64,000 nucleotides of DNA from Gracilimonas sp. (GCF_031581265.1 NZ_JAVLBQ010000007.1:11259-75258), one strand, 5' to 3'. Positions 1 to 10,399 are shown, counted from the stretch's first letter. A program made the numbers and translations. Notes: a model not told the origin generated them from the letters alone.

Positions 1-520
1 CCGATTCCATGAACAATACGGGATTGTCATCACGGATGGCAGATTTCAGCAATCCTTTGGCATCATCCGGCTCCGAGGTATAAATTACTTTCAGTCCGGG
101 GAAGTGGGCGTACATAGAATCATAAGCCACGGAGTGAGTAGCTCCTAACTGACCCGCAGAGGCATTAGGCCCACGAAATACAATGGGCATCGAAATTTGT
201 CCACCGGTCATATAGCCCGCTTTGGAGGCATGGTTGATGATTTGGTCAGCTGCCAACACCGCAAAGTTGAAGGTCATGAATTCCACAATGGGACGAAGTC
301 CGTTCATTGCAGCACCCACACCAATTCCGGCAAATCCAAGTTCAGAGATCGGGGTATCGATCACGCGCTTGTAGCCGTATTTGTCTAAAAGTCCTTCGGT
401 AGCTTTGTATGCACCATTGTACTCGGCAACTTCCTCACCCATAATGAAGACTTTTTCTTCACGGGCCATTTCCTCGTCAATTGCCTCTCGTATTGCTTCT
501 CTAAATTGTAATTCAGCCAT
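1..520 (-). CDS. pdhB: Pyruvate dehydrogenase E1 component beta subunit, N-terminal part (gene runs off the window edge)
   Basis: Minus-strand translation from the ATG at 518-520 reads [49 protein letters not shown]..., a typical transketolase-like E1 beta N-terminus. It lies directly downstream of E1 alpha. Confidence 0.85.
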   Translation of the reverse strand, partial: MAELQFREAIREAIDEEMAREEKVFIMGEEVAEYNGAYKATEGLLDKYGYKRVIDTPISELGFAGIGVGAAMNGLRPIVEFMTFNFAVLAADQIINHASKAGYMTGGQISMPIVFRGPNASAGQLGATHSVAYDSMYAHFPGLKVIYTSEPDDAKGLLKSAIRDDNPVLFMES

Positions 521-543
521 TACTCTGTTTCTGTCTTTTAAAA

Positions 544-1644
544 TTAGGTGTGGAAATATGGATCATCTTCAGCGAACATGTCATCGTAGAGCTCAGACTC
601 ATCCGGGAATTCAGATTCATCTGCAAACTCCACGGCATCTAATACTTGCTGCTCTACCTTTTCTTCTATTTCCTCAATTTCTTTGTCTTTGAGAATCTTC
701 TCATCTTTCAGATAAGTCTTCAGTCGCTCTATCGGGTCATTCTTCTGATATTCTTCCAGCTCCTCTTTATCACGATATTTTTGAGGATCGGACATGGAGT
801 GACCGCGATAGCGATAGGTTCTGATCTCAAGGAAATACGGCTCAGAATTTTCACGAACATATTCAGAAACCTCTTTCATAGCCTCGTACACAGAAAACAC
901 ATCCATTCCGTTAACAACTTTGCTTTTCATTCCATACGCTTTGGCACGATCTACAATTTCGGTCACCGTATGTCGGCGAGCGGCAGTTCCCATAGAATAA
1001 CCGTTATTTTCAACAGCAAATATTCCGGGCAGTCCCCATAAGTTGGCAATATTAAAAGTCTCATGAAGGGCACCCTGATCTACAGCGCCGTCTCCGAAGA
1101 AAGTAGCAGTGACACGACCGGTTTGGTTGTATTTATTGGCAAAAGCAATACCGCCGCCAATGGGAATATGTCCACCTACAATTCCATAACCACCCCAGAA
1201 GTGATTTTCAGTTTTGGCAAAGTGCATGGAACCACCTTTTCCTTTCGAGCATCCGGTTTTCTTCCCAAACAGCTCCGCCATACCTTCTTTTGGGGTGATG
1301 CCTCGGCACAATCCCCACCCATGATCGCGATAAGCTGTAATGATATCATCGTCATCATTCAGGGCAAACACTGTTCCGGTTGAAACTGCTTCCTGACCTA
1401 TATAAAGGTGAAGGAACCCACCAAATTTCCCTTTCTGATATTGCTGCATGGCTCGTTCTTCAAAGCGTCGCTGAAGATACATTTGCTCATACATGGCTTT
1501 GAGGTCATCCTCACTTAGGCCAAGGGATTTATGTTTTTTTCGTGTAGGGGAGGGGAGATCAACGCCTTTTTGGACGGCACCGTCTTTTTCATTTCCAATA
1601 CCCCAAGGGGCAAAATTAATTTCGTCATTTTTCTTTTTAGCCAT
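544..1644 (-). CDS. pdhA: Pyruvate (2-oxoacid) dehydrogenase E1 component alpha subunit, TPP-dependent
   Basis: 366-aa ORF with E1-alpha motifs ([38 protein letters not shown]). Operon partner of E1 beta. Confidence 0.85.
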   Translation of the reverse strand: MAKKKNDEINFAPWGIGNEKDGAVQKGVDLPSPTRKKHKSLGLSEDDLKAMYEQMYLQRRFEERAMQQYQKGKFGGFLHLYIGQEAVSTGTVFALNDDDDIITAYRDHGWGLCRGITPKEGMAELFGKKTGCSKGKGGSMHFAKTENHFWGGYGIVGGHIPIGGGIAFANKYNQTGRVTATFFGDGAVDQGALHETFNIANLWGLPGIFAVENNGYSMGTAARRHTVTEIVDRAKAYGMKSKVVNGMDVFSVYEAMKEVSEYVRENSEPYFLEIRTYRYRGHSMSDPQKYRDKEELEEYQKNDPIERLKTYLKDEKILKDKEIEEIEEKVEQQVLDAVEFADESEFPDESELYDDMFAEDDPYFHT

Positions 1645-1945
1645 AATAATCTTTTCAAGTCAATTTTTGCGTCAAATCAAAAGGGACGCAAATATATCCA
1701 ATTTTTATGAAGATTTTGTGATTTTGATTCTGGAACTTCCACCAATTTTATTAAATAAAATATCAGCCATCTCACTTACTTTCACAAACATAGGATAATA
1801 CTTTATAAATCATGGTTAAAATTCTTCTTATCTGTTTGAGTTTTGGCAAGGACTTCTGGTACATTAGTATGAGTTTAAACCCTGAATTTTGGATTTATAA
1901 GATTGTGGATTGAAGATTTACAAGTCCATTATCAAAAGTCATCGA

Positions 1946-2455
1946 TTATCGCTCAAAATTCAATACATGTTCTTGGTTTTCGAGTAGTTCCGGTTCCCAT
2001 TCGTTAGGAGTAAAAAAGGATATCCTGATTTTTCGGTCATCTTTTCGGCTTTTCGGCTTTCCGGGTTAATTCGTTTAAGTAATCTCGATCTATATCTCCA
2101 ATCACATAGAAGTATATGGTGACGCCTTCAAGTCTGTGCACAAGGAAGCCACCTTTTCGGGATTACCGAGCCGGTTTATTACTTTTTTTAAGATTTTTTC
2201 CACCCAACAGTTTTCATTAGGAGAGTTCGCACCTTGTTAACATTGGTAAATTTTATTTATACTATTTCATATTGCCTTCGGTTCGGCTTCAATGATACCG
2301 GCTTTTTGAAGTCGGTTTAATTCCTGTGGTACGGTATTACTTGACAACTCAAATTCCCTTGATAACCCTTTGAGGTCTGATTTTAGCTCAAGATTGATGA
2401 AGAACTTTTGCAACAGCTTTACTCGTAATTGAATTGAGATTAACTTGTCGATCAT
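1946..2455 (-). pseudogene. Decayed winged-helix (ArsR-like) regulator fused to a nucleotidyltransferase-like domain
   Basis: The 62-aa ORF 2267-2455 (LRVKLLQKFF...LSREFELSSNTVPQELNRLQKAGIIE) stops early. Downstream fragments in other frames read VEKILKKVINRLGNPEKV, YFYVIGDIDRDYLNELTRKAEK and KIRISFFTPNEWE, so at least 2-3 frameshifts or stops are present. Confidence 0.5.
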
Positions 2456-2602
2456 GTAGTAGTTTTTAATCTAAGATGAATGGTTTTACCTAAAGCAAAT
2501 TTTTGAAAAATAAGTAATAAAAGTGCTCAATTTTATCTATGAGATCAAGGGGAGTTATGATATTTGATTCTATGGGAATATCTAATAATTAATAACCAAT
2601 TT

Positions 2603-3700
2603 TCAATTGATGATCTTAATCAATTGCTCACAGACTTTGTCCTGATCTTCTTCACTTAGGAAAGGATGCATGGGAAGGCTTAGTACTTCGCGGCTGGCTT
2701 TTTCAGATTTGGGAAAATCGCCGTAATTGTAGCCCAGGTTTTGAAAAACGGGCTGTTCGTGGAAGCATTTAGGGTAGTAGATTCCAACGGGGATGCCAGC
2801 TTCTTTTATTCGTGCCACCACTTCATCTCTGTGCTCTTCATTTACTCGAATGGTGTATTGGGCATAAACATGGGTATTGCCTTCGGCTATTTTTGGGGTT
2901 TTTATCTGTCCTTTTAGCAACTTACTGTATCGGGCTCCGATTTCTCCACGTGTTTGTACTTCTTTATCAAAATGTTCCCATTTGCCTAAAATTACGGCGG
3001 CTTGTAGGGTATCAAATCGGCCGTTTAGTCCAATATGAGTATGGTGGTGTCGCTTTATGCCCCCGTGGGAACGAATGGCTTTCATGATGTCGGCGAGGTC
3101 ATCATCATCGGTGAAAAGTGCTCCTCCATCACCAAAACAACCTAAGGGCTTGGCAGGAAAGAAGGAGGTGCTTCCTATCAATGAGGCGCCACAACTTCGT
3201 TTTCCATTGCGGGTGGCTCCAAAACTCTGGGCGGCATCTTCGATGACGGCAATATCGTGTTTCTCGGCAATAGCGTTTATGCGCTCCAGGGCGGGCATCT
3301 GTCCAAATAAACTGACGGGCATAATGGCTTTGGTATTTTCGGTGATAGCCTCTTCTAACAAATCAGGATCCATATTATAGGTATCTGACTCAATATCGAT
3401 GAATACCGGGTTGGCCCCAACCGCTGCAATGACTTCTGCTGTACTTATCCATGAAAAGGGTACGGTAATAACCTCATCTCCAGCTCCAATATCTAATGCC
3501 CGCAGGGCAATCTCTAGGCTGACAGTCCCGCTGGCTACGGTGATGCAGTGTTTCACTCCGACGTATTCCGCTAATACTTTTTCAAGTTCGTCAATCTCCG
3601 GTCCCATAATGAACTGACCATGATCAACAACTTCTCGCATTTTACGGTCGATTTCGTCTTTGTAGGTCTCGTATTGTGTTTTTAGGTCTATGAATTCCAT
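2603..3700 (-). CDS. DegT/DnrJ/EryC1/StrS-family PLP aminotransferase (WbpE-like UDP-3-keto-sugar aminotransferase)
   Basis: 365-aa ORF with the family-typical length and motifs (HCITVASGTVSLEIAL, SFFPAKPLGCFGDGGA). Clustered with WbpD-, WbpB- and WbpA-like genes. Confidence 0.8.
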   Translation of the reverse strand: MEFIDLKTQYETYKDEIDRKMREVVDHGQFIMGPEIDELEKVLAEYVGVKHCITVASGTVSLEIALRALDIGAGDEVITVPFSWISTAEVIAAVGANPVFIDIESDTYNMDPDLLEEAITENTKAIMPVSLFGQMPALERINAIAEKHDIAVIEDAAQSFGATRNGKRSCGASLIGSTSFFPAKPLGCFGDGGALFTDDDDLADIMKAIRSHGGIKRHHHTHIGLNGRFDTLQAAVILGKWEHFDKEVQTRGEIGARYSKLLKGQIKTPKIAEGNTHVYAQYTIRVNEEHRDEVVARIKEAGIPVGIYYPKCFHEQPVFQNLGYNYGDFPKSEKASREVLSLPMHPFLSEEDQDKVCEQLIKIIN

Positions 3701-3725
3701 TTTGGAGTCTTTGTAATAATCTTTT

Positions 3726-3769
3726 GGCTAACCGCAGTGTTGCACAGGGTTTCGCGGTGTTTTAGCGTG
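3726..3769. repeat. Intergenic motif copy X (accgcagtgt...gcggtgt) between the aminotransferase and the GxxExxY relic
   Basis: accgcagtgt at 3731-3740 equals the reverse complement of 4917-4926. Related to copies at 4171-4216 and 4898-4929. Confidence 0.5.
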
Positions 3770-3786
3770 TATTTATAATTTGTTAA

Positions 3787-4138
3787 TTACTTTTTAAGTG
3801 AGGTAACATTAAAGTTGAGGATCAACCCTACTTCTTTATTAAGTAGTTTCAAGTAGGTTAATGTCTGTGTCAGATGAAGATCATTTATACCTTTTGTGGT
3901 CTTAGTTTCTACTACAACCTCATTTTCGACAAATAAATTAACCCGATAGTCATATTCCAGTTTAATTTCTTTATAGAAAAGTGGCAAGGGTTTTTGAGCT
4001 TACATATATATGCCTGCTTCCTTTAATATATATAGACCAGGCAGTGTTCATAAGCAGACTCAATTAAACCGGGCCCTAACTCTGTATGACTTTGTAAGCT
4101 GCGTTAAGGATCTTATGTGTTATATCATTAGTTTTCAT
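3787..4138 (-). pseudogene. GxxExxY (PD-(D/E)XK-like) small protein gene, frameshifted
   Basis: The C-terminal 66-aa ORF (YRVNLFVENEVVVETKTTKGINDLHLTQTLTYLKLLNKEVGLILNF) fits the family. The N-terminus MKTNDITHKILNAAYKVIQS from the ATG at 4138 hits TAG, and ELGPGLIESAYEHCLVYI continues in another frame. Confidence 0.65.
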
Positions 4139-4170
4139 TATTTAATTACCATTAAACATTGAGTGAAAAA

Positions 4171-4216
4171 AAGCTGTGTAACTCTGTGGATTCCTCCGAG
4201 AAACTCTGTGGTTAAA
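4171..4216. repeat. Intergenic CTCTGTGG motif copy Y (two tandem half-sites)
   Basis: gtgtaactctgtgg at 4176-4189 and aaactctgtgg at 4201-4211. The 14-mer is the exact reverse complement of 4905-4918. Confidence 0.6.
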
Positions 4217-4217
4217 T

Positions 4218-4868
4218 TTAATTGGTTTTGAAATCATCATACTTTTTCTCGCCTATGGTGAGTTTATCCGGCAGTGGCATTTCTTCATCTAAATCCAAAC
4301 AACGTAGTTTTTCATCTTTTAGCTGATATCTGAATCTGGATTCGGGGCAGGTCATGATTCCGTTTTCGTCGGGGTTTTTGAGGGGATGTCCGTGTCGGCT
4401 CATCCAGCCTTTTTGTCTGCCGGGGTTGCCGAGGATGAGGGCGTAATCGGGGACGTCTTTGGTTACTACGGCTCCTGCTCCAATAAAGGAATATCGTCCT
4501 AAGGTGATCCCGCAAACAATAGTGGCATTGGCCCCTACTGTACTTCCTCTTCTGAACAGGGTTCTTTCATAGAGTGAATGCCGATTTACTTGGCTTCGGG
4601 GGTTTGTGACATTAGTAAGTACACAACTTGGTCCTAAAAAGACTTCATCCTCCAGCTCGCATCCCGTATAGATGGCCACATTATTTTGCACCTTCACCCG
4701 ATTACCTATCTTTACATCATTTGCTACAAACACATTTTGCCCGAATACGCAATTTTTACCGATATCAACCCCTTTCGAAATATGACAGAAGTGCCAGATA
4801 CTGGTACCCTCTCCTATGGATACGGGCTCATCGACATAGGCGGATTCGTGGATTTTAACGTTTTTCAT
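4218..4868 (-). CDS. Left-handed beta-helix (hexapeptide) N-acetyltransferase, WbpD-like
   Basis: 216-aa ORF with hexapeptide repeats (IGKNCVFGQNVFV, IGNRVKVQNNVAI) and the WbpD-type C-terminal extension. Located in the wbp-type cluster. Confidence 0.75.
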   Translation of the reverse strand: MKNVKIHESAYVDEPVSIGEGTSIWHFCHISKGVDIGKNCVFGQNVFVANDVKIGNRVKVQNNVAIYTGCELEDEVFLGPSCVLTNVTNPRSQVNRHSLYERTLFRRGSTVGANATIVCGITLGRYSFIGAGAVVTKDVPDYALILGNPGRQKGWMSRHGHPLKNPDENGIMTCPESRFRYQLKDEKLRCLDLDEEMPLPDKLTIGEKKYDDFKTN

Positions 4869-4897
4869 ATCTGATTTTCAATTTTTATAAAACCTTT

Positions 4898-4929
4898 CGG
4901 TTGACCACAGAGTTACACACTGCGGTCAA
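4898..4929. repeat. Intergenic CCACAGAG motif copy Z (inverted relative to copy Y)
   Basis: ccacagagttacac at 4905-4918 is the reverse complement of 4176-4189. Copies Y and Z flank the acetyltransferase gene as an inverted pair. Confidence 0.6.
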
Positions 4930-5879
4930 TCTTTCAGTTCTTGGATGCTTGGATGTACTAACCCTTTAGGATTCTGTGTAAGGTCCATAGTCCGCAACTT
5001 ATGAACCAGTTCAATAGACGGACGGGCATCTTCGATTCCGAAGCCGTTTCCTTTGAGTGTTTCTTTATACACTTTGGTATGCAGATCGGTAAAGCCACCA
5101 CTGAATTCGATTTCATCACCATCAATATCTATGGACCGAAAAGTTCGTTGAGAATTATCAGCATTATTAGGAATATCTTCAGGTTCCAATGACAGATACC
5201 ACTCAACATCAGCATTGGGAAGCTCTAAAAAACCTCCCATTCTATTATTATCTCTAACATGTAGTTCCATAGTTTGGGGTGCCCCAAATAACCACATCAA
5301 CATATCAAAAAAGTGAATACCAATATTGGTACCAATACCTCCTGACTTTTCCTTATCTCCTTTCCATGAATAATGATACCAAGTGCCGCGAGAGGTTATG
5401 TAGGTAAGTCTAATTTTGTTACGTTTCCCACTTTTCTCAACATCAATTTTTTTCTTAAGCTCAATTAATGACGGATGAACCCGAAGTTGAAGAATAGTCC
5501 AAACTCGCTGACCATATTCGTCTTCCAGCTCCTGCAGGATATCTAAGTTCCATGGATTCAATACCAATGGTTTTTCACAAATGGCATCTGCTCCCACACG
5601 CATAGCAAGCCGAATATGAGCATCATGTAAATGATTAGGAGAGCATATTGTCAGATAGTCAACACCTTCCCCATTATCTTCCCTGCGTATTTTTTCAAGA
5701 TGTCGATCAAAACGTTCAACCTCAGTAAAAAATGCAGCCTCTGGAAAAAAACTATCTATTATACCCACGGAGTCATGCGGATCTACCGCAGCAACGAGCC
5801 TGTTCCCGGTATCTTTTATCGCTTTTAAATGTCTTGGTGCAATGTAACCGGCCAATCCGGTTAGCGCGAAATTTTTCAT
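4926..5879 (-). CDS. Gfo/Idh/MocA-family NAD-dependent oxidoreductase, WbpB-like
   Basis: 317-aa ORF with an N-terminal Rossmann fold (FALTGLAGYIAPRHLKAI) and EKP motif (AICEKPL). Cluster context supports the call. Confidence 0.75.
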   Translation of the reverse strand: MKNFALTGLAGYIAPRHLKAIKDTGNRLVAAVDPHDSVGIIDSFFPEAAFFTEVERFDRHLEKIRREDNGEGVDYLTICSPNHLHDAHIRLAMRVGADAICEKPLVLNPWNLDILQELEDEYGQRVWTILQLRVHPSLIELKKKIDVEKSGKRNKIRLTYITSRGTWYHYSWKGDKEKSGGIGTNIGIHFFDMLMWLFGAPQTMELHVRDNNRMGGFLELPNADVEWYLSLEPEDIPNNADNSQRTFRSIDIDGDEIEFSGGFTDLHTKVYKETLKGNGFGIEDARPSIELVHKLRTMDLTQNPKGLVHPSIQELKD

Positions 5880-6087
5880 TGAATAAATATGGTTTATTTA
5901 ATTCTTAAACGTTTCACAATTTACCTTTTCGAAAGTACAAATTCTTGTATCCATTCGTAATAGGGTTTTGTTTGCAGATTTCAAATTTTTATTTGTGTAG
6001 TATTATTATCGTAATTTATTGACCTTTTAGACCTTTTTATGGCTCAAAGAACCGAGGTGCGGATTTGGGGCAAACAAATCTGATCAA

Positions 6088-6138
6088 GGAGATCCCGGAC
6101 CGGATTCCGACAGCTGTCGGGATTATCTGAGATGACGT
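6088..6138 (-). repeat. REP-like hairpin of the CGTCATC...CCGGGATCTCC family (reverse orientation)
   Basis: ggagatcccgg...gagatgacg. The reverse complement matches the family consensus seen at 18441, 19658, 20473 and 26138. Confidence 0.6.
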
Positions 6139-6247
6139 CCCTGTATGATTGTATGATTTGAAATCCCCTTTAAACCACGGATGAGTTCAAAGCATATTTT
6201 TCCTATCTTCAAACCTCTTAAAATTCAACACTCACACATCAGATTTA

Positions 6248-8917
6248 ATGTCTCATAAGACTTCCGCCCAGATTCGCCAAGAATTTTTTGATTTCTTTGC
6301 CGAAAAGAATCACGCTATTGTTGACAGTGCTCCTGTAGTTCCCAAAAACGACCCTACCCTTCTCTTTACTAATGCGGGGATGAACCAGTTTAAGTCTATT
6401 TTTCTGGGGGAGGAAGACGCCCTTCAACATGAAGGAAAAACATGGAAACGTGCGGCGGATACCCAAAAATGTATTCGTGTGAGCGGTAAGCATAATGACC
6501 TCGAGGAAGTTGGCCACGATACCTACCACCACACCTTATTTGAGATGCTGGGGAATTGGTCATTTGGGGATTATTTCAAAAAAGAAGCAATTGGCTGGGC
6601 TTGGGAATTACTAGTGGATAAATGGGGCCTTGATTCTGACCGATTATATGCCACCGTTTTTGAAGGTGATGAAGCTGATGGACTGCCGGTGGATGATGAA
6701 GCCATCGAACTTTGGAAAAGTGAAACGAGTATTGATCACGATCACATCCTGAAGTGTAGTAAGAAAGATAATTTTTGGGAAATGGGTGAAACCGGTCCGT
6801 GCGGACCTTGTTCTGAAGTACACATCGACCTCCGTTCCGATGAAGAACGCAAAAAGAAACCCGGTCGCGATTTGGTGAATATGGACGATCCCCGCGTCAT
6901 GGAGATCTGGAACCTGGTTTTCATTCAGTTTAACAGAAAACCGGATACCTCCCTTGAAAAACTGCCTGCCCAACACGTGGATACCGGAATGGGCTTCGAA
7001 CGAATTTGTGCAGTGCTGCAGGAAAAGACCTCTAATTACGATACCGATGTCTTCACTCCGCTGCTAAATGAAATTTCGGATATGGCGGGACTGACCTACG
7101 GCGAGGATGAAGAAAAAGATATTGCCATGCGGGTTATTTCCGATCACATTCGGGCGGTTACTTTTTCTATTGCAGATGGAGCTTCTCCCGGAAATGATGG
7201 GCGCGGTTATGTGATACGAAGAATTCTTCGTCGGGCTATTAGATATGGATGGGATGTTTTGGATTTCAAAGAGCCCTTTTTCTACAAATTGGTGGATGTG
7301 TTGGCCGAGCAGTTCAAGGATGTGTTCCTGGAAATCAAAGCTCAGAAAGAATATATCGTAAACGTGATCCGCTCTGAAGAAAAGAGCTTCCTGAAAACAC
7401 TGGGACAGGGCATTGAGTTGTTCAATGAGATGGTGGAAGGCAAAAAGAAATTATCCGGAGAGGATGCTTTCAAGCTTCACGATACTTATGGATTTCCTAT
7501 TGACTTGACCGAACTGATGGCCCGGGAACGTGGCGTTGAGGTAGATGTGGAAGGCTTCAACAAGCACATGCAAGCCCAGAAAGATCGTGCTCGCGCTGCA
7601 GGTAAGTTTTCTGTGGATCAGAGTGATTCCAAATCCTGGAATGTGCTTAAAGATACAGACGATTTTGAATTCGTAGGTTATGATGATGCCGAAGCTGAAG
7701 TTGAGATCACTGCATACCGAAAAGAAGGTGAACGTTTTGCACTGCAACTCAATCGCACTCCTTTTTATGCTGAAAGTGGAGGTCAGGTAGCAGACACTGG
7801 TCTTATTACTAATGGTGATGAATATATCAAAGTGGTGGATGTGCAGAAGTCTAACGGGCAGTTCATTCATTATGTGGACAAACTCCCTGAAGACCTTTCC
7901 GGTACCTGGACAGCTTCCATTGATTTTGACCGACGCGTTGAAATTCAAAAACATCACTCAGCTACACACTTGGTTCATGCTGCGCTTCGCGGAATTTTGG
8001 GAGATCATGTGCAACAGAAAGGCTCGCTGGTGGATGAAGAGCATCTGCGGTTTGACTTCTCCCACTTTGAAGCTATGACGGATGAGCAACTGGATGAAGT
8101 GGAGCAGTTGGTAAATGAGAAAATCCAGGAAAATATCCCGCTGCAGGAAGAGCGAAATGTGCCAATAGATGAAGCCAAAGAGCGAGGTGCCATGATGTTG
8201 TTTGGTGAAAAGTATGGTGAGTCCGTTCGGGTAATTACTTTTGACGAAGATTATTCGGTGGAATTGTGTGGGGGTACCCATGTAGGCGCTACCGGTGAGA
8301 TCGGCTATTTCCGGTTCACTAATGAAACTTCTGTGGCAGCAGGAATCCGACGAATTGAGGCGGTTTGTGGAACTCAGGCTGACAAGCTTCTCCGCAATGA
8401 AAAACATTTATTACAACAGGTGAAAGGTGCTATCGGTCAAACCCAGGACTTGGCAGCTGACATCAACAAATTGATCGAGGATAAGAAAGCCCTCGAGAAG
8501 GAGCTCGAAAAAGTACAGATGCAAAACACGGGCGCCAAGCTGGATGAACTCATACAAAGTGCCAGTTCATATGACTCGGGAATCAAACTGGTGAAAGGGG
8601 AAATCTCAGGCGCCGATATGGATGCCCTCAAACAATTAGGCTATGATGGTCTTCAGAAAGTGAAGGAGAATACCGTCATCGTACTTGGTACCAGGGATGA
8701 GGACGAAGGCAAAGTCTATTTGATGGTGGCTGTTACCGACGATCTCATCAAAGGAAAAGGATTGAAGGCCGGGGCATTGGTTGGTCAGCTTGGAAGGCTT
8801 GTTGGCGGCGGCGGCGGCGGTCAGCCTAACTTAGCAACGGCCGGTGGACGTCAGCCCGAAAAACTTGCCGAAGCCTTAGAAAAAGTGAATGAATTGATTG
8901 ATTCAGTAGATAAGTGA
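6248..8917 (+). CDS. alaS: Alanine--tRNA ligase
   Basis: 889-aa ORF with class II AlaRS motifs (FTNAGMNQFK, RVSGKHNDLEEVG, HHTLFEMLGNWSFGDYFK, editing-domain HSATHL, C-terminal GGGGGG). Confidence 0.97.
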   Translation: MSHKTSAQIRQEFFDFFAEKNHAIVDSAPVVPKNDPTLLFTNAGMNQFKSIFLGEEDALQHEGKTWKRAADTQKCIRVSGKHNDLEEVGHDTYHHTLFEMLGNWSFGDYFKKEAIGWAWELLVDKWGLDSDRLYATVFEGDEADGLPVDDEAIELWKSETSIDHDHILKCSKKDNFWEMGETGPCGPCSEVHIDLRSDEERKKKPGRDLVNMDDPRVMEIWNLVFIQFNRKPDTSLEKLPAQHVDTGMGFERICAVLQEKTSNYDTDVFTPLLNEISDMAGLTYGEDEEKDIAMRVISDHIRAVTFSIADGASPGNDGRGYVIRRILRRAIRYGWDVLDFKEPFFYKLVDVLAEQFKDVFLEIKAQKEYIVNVIRSEEKSFLKTLGQGIELFNEMVEGKKKLSGEDAFKLHDTYGFPIDLTELMARERGVEVDVEGFNKHMQAQKDRARAAGKFSVDQSDSKSWNVLKDTDDFEFVGYDDAEAEVEITAYRKEGERFALQLNRTPFYAESGGQVADTGLITNGDEYIKVVDVQKSNGQFIHYVDKLPEDLSGTWTASIDFDRRVEIQKHHSATHLVHAALRGILGDHVQQKGSLVDEEHLRFDFSHFEAMTDEQLDEVEQLVNEKIQENIPLQEERNVPIDEAKERGAMMLFGEKYGESVRVITFDEDYSVELCGGTHVGATGEIGYFRFTNETSVAAGIRRIEAVCGTQADKLLRNEKHLLQQVKGAIGQTQDLAADINKLIEDKKALEKELEKVQMQNTGAKLDELIQSASSYDSGIKLVKGEISGADMDALKQLGYDGLQKVKENTVIVLGTRDEDEGKVYLMVAVTDDLIKGKGLKAGALVGQLGRLVGGGGGGQPNLATAGGRQPEKLAEALEKVNELIDSVDK

Positions 8918-9057
8918 AAAGTTCGAAAAGTCGTAATCTTGAGGAATTGAAGCGTCTTCACAAGGTAATTACAAAAAAAAAGAGTTTTTTAAATTTATCT
9001 TTACTTAACCGAAAGCACTGTTAGCAAAATTTAAGCTCTAAAAAAGATTACTGTTAA

Positions 9058-10392
9058 ATGAATCAATTAAAAAGTCTTTTAAACAAAATAGAATACAAAA
9101 ACTACACCATAGGCATCGTAGGCTTAGGGTACGTAGGTTTACCCTTAATGTGGACCTTCCACCAAAGCGGAATGCCCGTCCTCGGTTTTGATATTGACCC
9201 AAAGAAAATCCAAAACCTGAAAAACGGTATCCCCTACATCAAGCACCTCGGAACCGAGATGATGGAAATCCTCGCCAACTCCGATAAAGCCGATGCCACC
9301 ACCGATTTCTCCCGCCTCGATGAAGCCGATGCTATTTTGTTATGTGTGCCCACGCCGCTTGACCACCACCGCGAGCCGGATATGAGCTATGTGGAGCAGA
9401 CCACTGAAACGGTCTCAAAATATTTGCGGAAGGGGCAGTTGGTGATCCTCGAATCTACTACCTGGCCGGGGACGACTGAGGAGCTGATGATCCCAATTTT
9501 GGAGAAGAACTCCGGACTGAAAGCCGGAACCGATTTTTATGTAGCCTACAGTCCCGAGCGCGAAGACCCGGGCAACCCGGATTTCAATACCGCCAAGATC
9601 CCCAAAGTGGTGGGCGGACATGGAGACGAGGCCCTGAAGCTGGCCACCGCCATGTACGATACGGCAATTGTGCAAACCGTGCCGGTCTCTGATTGCAAGA
9701 CCGCCGAGGCCACCAAGCTGACCGAAAACATCTTCCGCTCGGTTAATATTGCCCTGGTGAATGAGCTGAAGGTGGTTTACGAAGCCATGGGCATTGATGT
9801 ACACGAAGTGCTGGATGCGGCGGCTACCAAGCCGTTTGGCTTCATGAAATTTACACCCGGACCCGGGCTGGGTGGACACTGTATTCCCATTGACCCGTTC
9901 TACCTCACCTGGAAAGCCCGCGAGTTTGAGAAGCACACCCGCTTCATTGAGCTGGCCGGAGAGGTAAACACGAATATGCCCACCTACGTGGTGGACCGAA
10001 CCATGCACGCCTTAAACACCCACAAAAAAGCTATGAACGGCAGCAAGATCCTTGTGATCGGACTCGCCTACAAACCGGATGTGGACGACATGCGTGAATC
10101 CCCAACTTTCAAGATCTTTGATCTGCTCAAAGCAAAAGGAGCTGAAATTGCCTATTACGATCCGTTCATTCCTGAGGTGTTGCCAACTCGTGAACATGCA
10201 GATTGGACAGGAGCAAAATCTATTGAGTGGAATAAAGAAAATGTCTCAGGTTTTGATGCCGTGTTGATCTCCACCAATCATTCGAGCATTGATTATGTAG
10301 AGCTTGCTGAGTGGAGTGACTGCATTATTGATACGAGGAATACAATGGCGAGTGTTGAGGTCAAAAATGATATTCATATTTTTAAAGCGTGA
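9058..10392 (+). CDS. Nucleotide-sugar (UDP-N-acetyl-D-glucosamine/mannosamine) 6-dehydrogenase, WbpA-like
   Basis: 444-aa ORF with the UDP-glucose/GDP-mannose dehydrogenase family pattern (GIVGLGYVGLP, catalytic GGHCIPIDP). Confidence 0.8.
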   Translation: MNQLKSLLNKIEYKNYTIGIVGLGYVGLPLMWTFHQSGMPVLGFDIDPKKIQNLKNGIPYIKHLGTEMMEILANSDKADATTDFSRLDEADAILLCVPTPLDHHREPDMSYVEQTTETVSKYLRKGQLVILESTTWPGTTEELMIPILEKNSGLKAGTDFYVAYSPEREDPGNPDFNTAKIPKVVGGHGDEALKLATAMYDTAIVQTVPVSDCKTAEATKLTENIFRSVNIALVNELKVVYEAMGIDVHEVLDAAATKPFGFMKFTPGPGLGGHCIPIDPFYLTWKAREFEKHTRFIELAGEVNTNMPTYVVDRTMHALNTHKKAMNGSKILVIGLAYKPDVDDMRESPTFKIFDLLKAKGAEIAYYDPFIPEVLPTREHADWTGAKSIEWNKENVSGFDAVLISTNHSSIDYVELAEWSDCIIDTRNTMASVEVKNDIHIFKA

Positions 10393-10399
10393 CAGGGTA

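Noticed and set aside
9415-10008. A 197-aa antisense ORF, plus other long minus-strand ORFs inside the sugar dehydrogenase gene and a visibly GC-richer gene core (about 9250-10000) that might suggest horizontal transfer
   Set aside because: The sense frame has unmistakable dehydrogenase motifs, and the antisense ORF is a shadow of GC-rich codon usage. A conserved segment I counted in alaS (7501-7560) is similarly GC-rich, so the composition is not anomalous.
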